From assembly GCA_018240765.1 (NCBI GenBank), contig JAFEFD010000581.1, forward strand, positions 1 to 34,524: DNA of 34,524 nt, read 5' to 3'. The translations under genes and the position numbers were made by a program. This document shows positions 17,760-28,791 of the stretch, in pieces. How positions within the stretch are numbered: position 1 is the first letter of the stretch; every line of letters starts with the position of its first letter. The notes under the pieces are model-generated. The model saw only the letters and a list, made by a program, of their open reading frames with translations, searched no databases and was not told where the DNA came from. The stretch is from Pseudomonadota bacterium (GTDB taxonomy: Bacteria > Pseudomonadota > Gammaproteobacteria > Xanthomonadales > Rhodanobacteraceae).

Positions 17760-18912
17760 TTGCAGGTCTACGCAGCAGCCACGCCAACACCGGCGGCGTG
17801 ACGATGGAAGTGAGCAACGACATCGCCACGATCAGCGCGTAGGTGCGCGGCGAGAACACGCCGCCGGCAAGGCCGAGGCTGGCGATGACCACGCCGACCT
17901 CGCCGCGCGGGACCATGCCGACGCCGACGATCAGCGCGCCGCGCATGCCCAGGCCCAAGGCGCCGAGCCAGCCGCCGATCAGCTTGGAAACGATCGCGAT
18001 TGCGGTGACGACGGCAAGCGCAATCAGTGCTTCCAGGTTGGCGAGCTGAGCCAGCTCAACCTTGGTGCCGGTCATCACGAAGAAGAACGGCGTCATCAGC
18101 GCGAGCAGGGGCCGGGTCTGGTGTTCGAGCGCGTCGCGTTGGCGCGTCTCGGAAGCGATCATGCCAGCGAGGAATGCACCGATGATCGCGGCGAGTCCGA
18201 ATTCCGTTGCCGCGAACGCGAGGCCCAGGCACAACGCCAGCACGATGGTGAGCGGCGACAGCGGGTTGATCGGTGCCTCCAGCAGGTTCGAGGCGCGCCG
18301 CATCACGCGCGTGCCGACCAGGCCGATGACGACGACGAATCCCACCGCTTCGGACAGCACGATCAACAGATGCGATAGACGGATTTCCGTGCCGGATTGC
18401 AGCGCGGTAACGATGCCGAGCAGGAGCATGGCGAGGATATCGTCGATGACGGCCGCGCCGAGGATCACGCGCGATTCCTCGCGTTGCAATGCGCCCAGTT
18501 CCTGCAGGACACGCGCGGTGATTCCGGCGGACGTGGCGACGAAGGCGGCGGCGACGAACAACGACTTGGCCCAGTCGAATCCCGAGCCGTGCGCCCACAG
18601 CGAGCCGAGGATGAAAGGCACGATCACGCCGAGTACGCCGACCGCGAACGCGCTGCGACCGACGCGTTTCATCTCGTCCAGCCGCGTTTCCAGGCCCACG
18701 GAGAACAACAACAGGACCACGCCGATTTCGGCGAGCACGTCCAGCGCCTCGGAAGGCTGTACCCAGCCCAGCACCGACGGGCCGATCACGCAACCGGCGG
18801 CGATCTCGCCGACCACACCCGGCAATTTCAGGCGCTGCGCCACTTCCGCGCCGATCTGGGCGGCGACAAAAACCACGAAAAGACTCAGAAGTATGGCGCT
18901 GCCGTGGTCCAC
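17752..18912 (-). CDS. CPA2-family cation:proton antiporter (NapA-like, no TrkA-N domain)
   Basis: GTG 18912, about 386 aa, highly hydrophobic. PGVVGEIAAG, LLFSVGLET, ATSAGIT, AAVIDDIL, GAFLAG, PFFFV, MVPRGEVG. Confidence 0.88.
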   Translation of the reverse strand: MDHGSAILLSLFVVFVAAQIGAEVAQRLKLPGVVGEIAAGCVIGPSVLGWVQPSEALDVLAEIGVVLLLFSVGLETRLDEMKRVGRSAFAVGVLGVIVPFILGSLWAHGSGFDWAKSLFVAAAFVATSAGITARVLQELGALQREESRVILGAAVIDDILAMLLLGIVTALQSGTEIRLSHLLIVLSEAVGFVVVIGLVGTRVMRRASNLLEAPINPLSPLTIVLALCLGLAFAATEFGLAAIIGAFLAGMIASETRQRDALEHQTRPLLALMTPFFFVMTGTKVELAQLANLEALIALAVVTAIAIVSKLIGGWLGALGLGMRGALIVGVGMVPRGEVGVVIASLGLAGGVFSPRTYALIVAMSLLTSIVTPPVLAWLLRRPAIK

Positions 18913-18975
18913 GCGATTGCCTTTTTCCGTGCTTGCCCCGATGCTACACGAGCTCGAACCAAAGCGGGAATGCGC

Positions 18976-20427
18976 ATGGCGAAGCAGGCGGCGACAAACC
19001 GGGAACCCATGGCCAAGGTCGATACCGCCTGGCTGCGCATGGAGAGCCCGACCAACCTGATGATGATCACCGGCGTGCTGACATTCGCCGCCCCGCTCGG
19101 GTTGAAGGCCCTGCGCGAGCTGATCGGACAACGATTCCTTGCCTATCGCCGTTTTGGGCAGCGCCCGGTCGATACCGGTGCGGCCGCATTCTGGGAGAAC
19201 ACGAAACCCGACCTGCGCTGGCATGTGCGTACGGCCAAATTGCCGCGCAAGGCCGACAAAGCCGCATTGGAACGGTTGGTCAGCGAGCTGGCATCGACGC
19301 CGCTCGACCACGCCCGCCCGCTATGGCAATTCCACCTGATCGAAAATCATCAGGGCGGTAGCGTGCTGATTGCGCGCATCCACCATTGCTACGCAGACGG
19401 ACTGGCGCTGGTGCAGGTCATGCTCTCGCTGACCGACGCGGCTGCACAGGCCGCGGTGAAAGCCGATGCGGGCAAGGGCTGGCGCCCGCGCGATCGCGGC
19501 GGCGTGATCGCGCGCCTGCTTGCACCCGCGCGCAAGGGCATCGTCAGGGCATGGGATGCCGGCGGCGCGTTGTTGCGCGATCCCGTGTTGGCGGCAACGA
19601 TGGCACGCGAAGGCTCGGAAATCGCGCGCGAACTGGCGATCGCGCTGAACCTGTCCGACGATCCGGCCACGGCATTCAAGGCCGGCCCGCTCGGTGCGCG
19701 CAAGCGCTGCGCCTGGGCCGATCCACTCCCGCTGGCGGACGTGCGTGCACTCGGCAAGGTCCTGCGCTGCACGGTGAATGACATCTTGCTGGCCTGCGCT
19801 GCCGGTGCGCTGCGCGGCTATCTGCGCGACGTGGGCGAAGACGTGGATGGCGTGACCATTCGCGCCACCGTGCCGGTGAACCTGCGTCCGCTCGAGCACG
19901 CCAGACAGCTTGGCAATCACTTCGGCCTCGTGTTCCTGGATCTTCCGGTCGGCGAAGCGAACCCGCTGCGGCGGCTGGAGCGCGTGGCCGAATCGATGCG
20001 CGAACTCAAGCGCAGCAAGCAGGCCGCACTCACCTTCGGCTTGCTCGCCGCGGTCGGCATGGCGCCGGCCGGACTGCAACGCATGGCGCTGGATCTGTTC
20101 AGCCGCAAGGCGACTACGGTTGCGACCAACGTACCGGGCCCGAAGAAGCCGCTATACCTGGCCGGTGTCGAGGTGAAGGAGCTGATGTTCTGGGTGCCTC
20201 AGAATGGCAGCATCGGCATGGGCGTGTCGATCCTGTCCTACAACGGCCGCGTGCATTTCGGACTGATCGCCGACCAGCGTCGTATTGCGGATCCGGACGC
20301 GATTGCCGACCGGTTTGCGCGTGAGGTCGACAAACTCACCTTGCTCACCCTGATGGAAGACTGGGATGGCGGAATCGGATCCGGTGATGCGGAAGCGACG
20401 CTGGAGCGGTTCGTGCGCACGGCGTGA
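18976..20427 (+). CDS. Wax ester synthase/diacylglycerol acyltransferase (WS/DGAT) family protein
   Basis: DTAWLRMESPTNLMMI, PLDHARPLWQFHLI, catalytic HHCYADG (HHxxxDG), TVNDILL, VPVNLR, LGNHF, TNVPGP, SYNG. An alternative start exists at 18970. Confidence 0.92.
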   Translation: MAKQAATNREPMAKVDTAWLRMESPTNLMMITGVLTFAAPLGLKALRELIGQRFLAYRRFGQRPVDTGAAAFWENTKPDLRWHVRTAKLPRKADKAALERLVSELASTPLDHARPLWQFHLIENHQGGSVLIARIHHCYADGLALVQVMLSLTDAAAQAAVKADAGKGWRPRDRGGVIARLLAPARKGIVRAWDAGGALLRDPVLAATMAREGSEIARELAIALNLSDDPATAFKAGPLGARKRCAWADPLPLADVRALGKVLRCTVNDILLACAAGALRGYLRDVGEDVDGVTIRATVPVNLRPLEHARQLGNHFGLVFLDLPVGEANPLRRLERVAESMRELKRSKQAALTFGLLAAVGMAPAGLQRMALDLFSRKATTVATNVPGPKKPLYLAGVEVKELMFWVPQNGSIGMGVSILSYNGRVHFGLIADQRRIADPDAIADRFAREVDKLTLLTLMEDWDGGIGSGDAEATLERFVRTA

Positions 20428-20430
20428 TGC

Positions 20431-21834
20431 CTAGACGGTCCGCCGTGGCAGACCAACAAACATCAGCGACGAGAGCGCGGTTACCCCGCCAAGGATCAGC
20501 ATGGTGGCGCGAAATGCCGTGATGTAGTGCTCGCCACCGTGGGTTCCGTGCAGGAACACTGCCATCAGCAGCGACGCGAAGGCAATGCCGAAGCTGATTG
20601 ACAGGTTCTGGATCGTGCTGGTCATGCTCGATCCCATGCTTGCCCGAGCGGGTGCAAGGTCGATGAATCCGAGCGTGTTCATGGCCGTGTATTGCAGCGA
20701 CATGACGAAGCCGTAGACGAACACCTGCATGCAGATCAGCCAGATTGGCGTTGCTTCGTGCAGGGTCGCGAACAGCATGATCAGGATGCCGGACAGCGCG
20801 GTGTTGTAGAGCAGCACGCGGCGGTAGCCCTGGTACTTGATGATCGTGCCGGCGAAGAACCGCATCAGCAGCATCGCCACGGCTTGCGGCACTTGCAGCA
20901 GGCCGGCCATCACGGCGGAATAGCCAAACCCGACCTGGAACAGCAAGGTCAGCAGGAAGTAGATGCCGCCAACCCCCAGGCGCGTGGCGAATGCGCCGTT
21001 GAAGGCGATGCGGAAGCTGCGGATGCGCAGCAGTTTGAGGTCCACGATCGGTGCGGCAGCGCGACGGGCATGGCGCAGGTACAGCGCCAGCGCCGCGAAG
21101 GCGGCGATGCCGGCGAGAATGCCTTGCGCGTAGCGGCTGTCGGACACCTGTTCCAGCGCCCAGGAAAGCCCGCCTGCGCCGAGCGCGAACAGGACGAATC
21201 CGGCGACATCGAGACGGGTGTCGCGCGCGCCGCGGTAATCCGGCATGAAGCGGCGTGCCATGAACAGGCCGATCAAGCCGAACGGCAGGTTGACGAAGAA
21301 GATCATCCGCCACGACAGGTATTCTGAAAACAGTCCGCCGAGCACAGGGCCAATCGCCGGGCCAATCAGGCCCGGGATCGTGGCGAATGCCATCGCATCG
21401 ACGAATTCGGACTTGTCGAACGCACGCACCAGCGCCAGGCGCCCGACCGGCATCATCATCGCGCCGCCGAAGCCTTGCACGATGCGCGCGGCGACCAGCA
21501 TCCACAGGTTTTGCGCAAGTCCGCAGGCCAGTGAACCGAGGGTGAAAATCAGGATCGCCCACCAGAACACCACGCGCGTGCCGTGGCGATCGGACAACCA
21601 CGAGCTCAAGGGGATGAACACCGCCAGCGCCAGCGTGTAACTGGTCAGGGCGGTGCGCAGGTCCAGCGGCGCGATGCCCATGCCTGCCGCGATCGTCGGC
21701 GTCGCCGTGTTGACGATCGTCGAGTCGAGCATCTGCATGAAAAACGAGAACGCGATCAGCCACAGCAGCACGCGCTTGCCGCGCGCGTCCAGTACCGGGT
21801 CGGTGGCGAGGTTCGGGCTGGCTGCGGCGTCCAT
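20431..21834 (-). CDS. DHA2 (EmrB/QacA, MdtD-like) MFS efflux transporter
   Basis: FMQMLDSTIVNTA, WLSDRHGTR, ARIVQGFGGAMMMPVGR, GPAIGPVLGG, WRMIFFVNLPFG; many TM helices. Confidence 0.92.
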   Translation of the reverse strand: MDAAASPNLATDPVLDARGKRVLLWLIAFSFFMQMLDSTIVNTATPTIAAGMGIAPLDLRTALTSYTLALAVFIPLSSWLSDRHGTRVVFWWAILIFTLGSLACGLAQNLWMLVAARIVQGFGGAMMMPVGRLALVRAFDKSEFVDAMAFATIPGLIGPAIGPVLGGLFSEYLSWRMIFFVNLPFGLIGLFMARRFMPDYRGARDTRLDVAGFVLFALGAGGLSWALEQVSDSRYAQGILAGIAAFAALALYLRHARRAAAPIVDLKLLRIRSFRIAFNGAFATRLGVGGIYFLLTLLFQVGFGYSAVMAGLLQVPQAVAMLLMRFFAGTIIKYQGYRRVLLYNTALSGILIMLFATLHEATPIWLICMQVFVYGFVMSLQYTAMNTLGFIDLAPARASMGSSMTSTIQNLSISFGIAFASLLMAVFLHGTHGGEHYITAFRATMLILGGVTALSSLMFVGLPRRTV

Positions 21835-21861
21835 CGGCCGCACACTATACCCGCGGAATGT

Positions 21862-22704
21862 TTATGCAAGCTGAGCTTTCGCCCACTCCGAATCCAATCG
21901 TTCCATCGCATCGCGCGGTTTGAATCTGGCTGCCTTGTCGAATGCTGCGGCAGCGTCGTCTTCGCCATTGTCGCCGCGCAGGAGCAACTGCGCATTGCCG
22001 AATTCGATCCAGGCGATCGGCGATTCGGGTGTCAGCTTGAGTGCTTCCTCGAGCTGCTTCTCGGCTTCGCCGGCGCTGGCGCCGTAGGTCAGCTTCGCCA
22101 ACATGCCGCCGACCTTGCCGACGATCTCGGCGTGATACAGGCCGAGTGCGGTGCGCGCTTCGGCATGCCTGGGCGCGAGCTTGAGCGCAGCATCGAGCGA
22201 GAATTTCACCTTGCCCGCGATGCCCTGCGCCAATGCCTGCGCGACCGACAGGCTTTGGCTGTAGCGGCCGAGCGCAAAGGCCCGGCGATAATGGCTGTTG
22301 GCTTCATCGGGTAATACGGCGATGGCGTCTTCGGCGAGCTCGGCAAGAGACGCGTAACGCGCGAGCTTGTCCTTGTCCGACTTGAGCAGATACGCAGCGT
22401 GGATGCCGCCGGCCTTGATCGCAACCGATGCGCCGAGCGCGCCGAGCGCGATGCCGGCATCGTGTGCCTGCTGGAAATCGCCACGATGGAACGCGCGCCA
22501 GGCATCCTGCATCTGCGCGGCAATCTTGCCCGTGTCCTTGCCAAGCCTGACGTTGGATTTGAGCAATTTCGCGACGTGCTTTTCATCCGGAAACGGTTCC
22601 TGGTCGCCGGCATGCAGGTGCTTCCATGCCTTGGCCAGCCTGTCGCCCGCGTAGTCGTATGCCTTGTCCGGATGCGGGAACGGTGCCCATTTCGATTTGG
22701 CCAC
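21862..22704 (-). CDS. Conserved hypothetical all-helical, TPR-like protein
   Basis: GTG 22704 with GAGGA RBS and upstream TATGCT. About 280 aa, Ala/Leu-rich, with TPR-like units (AIAVLPDEANSHY, ALKLAPRHAEART, ALKLTPESPIAWIE). Confidence 0.75.
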   Translation of the reverse strand: MAKSKWAPFPHPDKAYDYAGDRLAKAWKHLHAGDQEPFPDEKHVAKLLKSNVRLGKDTGKIAAQMQDAWRAFHRGDFQQAHDAGIALGALGASVAIKAGGIHAAYLLKSDKDKLARYASLAELAEDAIAVLPDEANSHYRRAFALGRYSQSLSVAQALAQGIAGKVKFSLDAALKLAPRHAEARTALGLYHAEIVGKVGGMLAKLTYGASAGEAEKQLEEALKLTPESPIAWIEFGNAQLLLRGDNGEDDAAAAFDKAARFKPRDAMERLDSEWAKAQLA

Positions 22705-22749
22705 TTCGATGATCCTCGTTTCGATGCGCAAGCATAGCGTGGCTGCGGG

Positions 22750-25792
<3,043 letters not shown>

Positions 25793-25833
25793 GACGTATA
25801 TTTTGACCATGGCTTGCCTCGGGGTAGCGGCTG

Positions 25834-26613
25834 ATGAATGCGTTTTCGCGGTTCCTCATCCCAGCCTTGCTGGCCGCTGCGCCGGCATCGCACGCATTTG
25901 TCGTCAATTCCTATTTAAGCGGCAACGAAACGCTGTATCTCAAGTGGGGCAGTGACAATCACGCCGGTACGCCGGGCGGCATCGTGTACTGGTCGTTCAT
26001 TCCGGCCGGAACGCCGGGCTCGGCCTATTGCGGCAGCGCGTGTCCCGGCCTCAGCGGCGATTCGATCGAGATGGAGATTTCGCCGGGCGGCGGCTTCGCA
26101 TCGAAGAAGCTGACGGATCTCGAACCGCAGATCGAGGTAATGATGGCGCAATGGTGGGCTTACAGCGGGATCCGGTTCGTGAAGCTCGATTCCGACAGTG
26201 GCGTGGCGATCGACGATGCGGCTGCCATTCCGCCTGCGACCGGGCAGATCCGCATCGGCGTCTTTGCCTTCGGCGACAACAGTATCGCGGGCGTCGGTTA
26301 TTCGCCGCCGCCGAACGGTGGTACGGGCGCGGGCGACATCCTTTTCAATACGAACGCCTATTATCAGAACTACGACCTGCTGGAAGGCAGCGCCTACGAC
26401 ACCACTTACGCGCCGAACGATTTCCAGAGCCTGATGCTGCACGAACTCGGGCACGCGGTCGGGCTCGAGCATCCGCCGACCGATGACGGCACTTGTCCCG
26501 TGATGTATCCGTACGCGCCGTGCGTTGGCATCATCAAGCGTAAGCTCGAAGCGGACGATATCGCCGGCGTGCAATTTCTCTACGGCGAGATATTCACCAA
26601 CGGATTCGAGTGA
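25834..26613 (+). CDS. Secreted matrixin-like (M10) zinc metalloprotease
   Basis: Signal peptide ending ASHA. Metzincin motif HELGHAVGLEH, Met-turn PVMYP, GDILFN, LEADDIAGVQFLYG. Ends EIFTNGFE. Confidence 0.88.
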   Translation: MNAFSRFLIPALLAAAPASHAFVVNSYLSGNETLYLKWGSDNHAGTPGGIVYWSFIPAGTPGSAYCGSACPGLSGDSIEMEISPGGGFASKKLTDLEPQIEVMMAQWWAYSGIRFVKLDSDSGVAIDDAAAIPPATGQIRIGVFAFGDNSIAGVGYSPPPNGGTGAGDILFNTNAYYQNYDLLEGSAYDTTYAPNDFQSLMLHELGHAVGLEHPPTDDGTCPVMYPYAPCVGIIKRKLEADDIAGVQFLYGEIFTNGFE

Positions 26614-26625
26614 CAGACGTTCGAA

Positions 26626-27312
26626 TCAGAACTCCAGTTCGAGCGCCGCGCATAGATAATCGATCATCGGCGCGAGGCGCTTGAAAGTCGCCATTGCAAA
26701 TGCCGGAAGCTCGGAAGAACACGCCAGTGCTTCCGAAAATTCCGTGCCGGCGGCGTAGCTTTTGCGCTTGAGGTCTTCAATCAATTCGTGATCGGCGGGG
26801 TAGCCGCGCGGTGGACGCGACAGGCTTTCGCCCCAAAACGCGAAGTGCTCGCGGAACGCCTTGCCCTGCGTGGCGCGCTTCCACGCCGCCGGGTTGTCGG
26901 CGAGGAAATCGCGGATGCGCTTGAGCGTCGGCGGTTCCGGATGCCAGATGCCGCCGCCGGCGAAGCAATCGCGCGGCGCGATGTGCAGGTAGAACGATGG
27001 CGCGGCGACTTCGCGGCGGCGTTCGTGGAACAGGCGCGCGCCTGCCCAGGGCTTGTACGGCGTCTTGTCGTTGGCGAAGCGCGTGTCGCGATGAATGCGG
27101 AACAGCGAGCCGCCAACCTTGCGCGGATCGGCGCGCACGTGTGTGCTGATCTTCGTCAATGGAGTTTGAAGGTCTGCAATCAGTTGCAGAAACGGCTCGC
27201 GCACGTGGCGCTCGTAGTCTGCCTGGTGCGCGTGGAACCACGGCCGGTTGTTGTTGCGATCCAGCGCGCGCAGGAAGGCGAAGGTGTTTTTCGAGAAGTA
27301 GGGCTTGCTCAT
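26626..27312 (-). CDS. DUF2461 family protein
   Basis: FLRALDRNNNRPWF, FRIHRDTRFANDKTPYK, FYLHI, GGGIW, LSRPPRGY...LKRK. Overlaps the sbcB stop by 4 nt. Confidence 0.9.
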   Translation of the reverse strand: MSKPYFSKNTFAFLRALDRNNNRPWFHAHQADYERHVREPFLQLIADLQTPLTKISTHVRADPRKVGGSLFRIHRDTRFANDKTPYKPWAGARLFHERRREVAAPSFYLHIAPRDCFAGGGIWHPEPPTLKRIRDFLADNPAAWKRATQGKAFREHFAFWGESLSRPPRGYPADHELIEDLKRKSYAAGTEFSEALACSSELPAFAMATFKRLAPMIDYLCAALELEF

Positions 27313-28769
27313 GGCAACGCGATTGTATGGCCGATGTCCGCGGCGATGTGGCGGCCCCAGTCTTCGAGTCGATCGAGCAAGGTCTGCTGCACGCCCGTTA
27401 TCGCGGCAGAAGTGCGCAGCGCAGCGATTTCCGCGAAGTAGTCGTCCAGCGTCAGCGTTGTGATTGATGTCGCCTGCGTGAGCCGCTGGCGGCAGAATGC
27501 TTGCCAGCGCCGGTCTTCGTCGGCATTCAGCGTTTGCGGAAAATTGCGCGCGCGGTAGCGGAACAGCAATGGTGCATAGCGCGCGTCAGCGAAGGCGCTT
27601 TCGTACTCGCGCAGCGAGGTGGGCGGCGTGCCGCGTACCTTGCCGAACAGGCGCTTGTCGGCGTCGGACGGGAATCCGGTGTAGATCGCCAGCTCCGGGT
27701 CCATGGCTTGTTTCTCGTCGCGCTCGACCGCGAACACGCGGCGAACCTTTTCGCCAACATCGGCTGCATGGCGCAGAGCGTCCAGATGTTTTTCGCATTG
27801 CGCGACGTCCATGCCGATGCGTTTGGTATCAGCGTCCTTGAGGACGGATAGTGGCGCGAGCGCCGGCGATTTGTTGACGTGCACGGTCTTGAGCGGGATG
27901 CGCGCGAACTCTTCGGGCAGGTCCGCTTTCGGCGTGAACACGAGGTCACGGATTTCATCCGCGTCCAGGCTGATCAAGGGTGCCGGATCGACGGACAGGT
28001 CATAGACGATCACGCCATTCGGCTGGCTGGGATGTACGGCCAGCGGCACAACAACTGCCGCACAACCACGCGCGACCGGATAGCGCGATGAGACATGCAA
28101 CACCGGCGTGCGATGCGCGTAATCCAGGTACTTGAACGCCTCGGCCTTGCGGCGCAGGGCGAAATAGAATTCCCACAGGCGTGGTTGCGCACGCTTGAGC
28201 AGGCGCGCGAGGTCGATGGTGGTCGCGACATCCGATGCAGCGTCGTGCGCCTGCGCGCTGGACAGGTTGTTCGCGGCGGCCAGGTCCTGCAGCTTGAAAC
28301 TCGGTTTGTTCTCGCGCAGCGGCCATTCGATGCCTTGTGGGCGCAGCGCGTAGCACATGCGCGCGAGGTCGATGATGTCCCAGCGCGAGTTGCCGTCCTT
28401 CCACTCGCGTTCGTAAGGATCGTAAAAATTGCGGTACAGCAGGTTGCGCGTGAACTCGTCGTCGAAACGGATCGAGTTGAAACCAGCGCCGCAGGTGCCT
28501 GGCGCGCCAAGTTGCTCGCGGATTTGCGCGACGAATTCCACTTCGGGCACGCCATCACGCTGCGCCTGTTGCGGTGTGATTCCGGTGATCAGGCACGCCG
28601 CCGGTTGCGGCAACACATCAGGCGGAAGCTGGCAAAAAACCGTCAGCGGCTCGCCAACCGGATCCAGGTCAAGCGTCGTGCGTTGGCCAGCGAATTGCAC
28701 CGGACGGTCGCGGCGTGCATCCGTGCCGGAAGTCTCGTAATCGTGCCAGTAAATCGTGTCCGTGCGCAT
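27309..28769 (-). CDS. sbcB: Exodeoxyribonuclease I
   Basis: WHDYETSG, DRPVQFAG, ACLITGITPQ, GFNSIRFDDE, NSRWDIID, SFKL, AHDAASDV. Confidence 0.97.
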   Translation of the reverse strand: MRTDTIYWHDYETSGTDARRDRPVQFAGQRTTLDLDPVGEPLTVFCQLPPDVLPQPAACLITGITPQQAQRDGVPEVEFVAQIREQLGAPGTCGAGFNSIRFDDEFTRNLLYRNFYDPYEREWKDGNSRWDIIDLARMCYALRPQGIEWPLRENKPSFKLQDLAAANNLSSAQAHDAASDVATTIDLARLLKRAQPRLWEFYFALRRKAEAFKYLDYAHRTPVLHVSSRYPVARGCAAVVVPLAVHPSQPNGVIVYDLSVDPAPLISLDADEIRDLVFTPKADLPEEFARIPLKTVHVNKSPALAPLSVLKDADTKRIGMDVAQCEKHLDALRHAADVGEKVRRVFAVERDEKQAMDPELAIYTGFPSDADKRLFGKVRGTPPTSLREYESAFADARYAPLLFRYRARNFPQTLNADEDRRWQAFCRQRLTQATSITTLTLDDYFAEIAALRTSAAITGVQQTLLDRLEDWGRHIAADIGHTIALP

Positions 28770-28775
28770 CGGCGC

Positions 28776-28784
28776 AGGTTAGCA
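28776..28784 (-). promoter_or_regulatory. Putative extended -10 element (TGcTAACCT) of a leaderless sbcB transcript
   Basis: Minus strand reads TGC-TAACCT-GCGCCG-ATG; the hexamer is 6 nt from the ATG and there is no SD. Confidence 0.5.
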
Positions 28785-28791
28785 CGACGCA

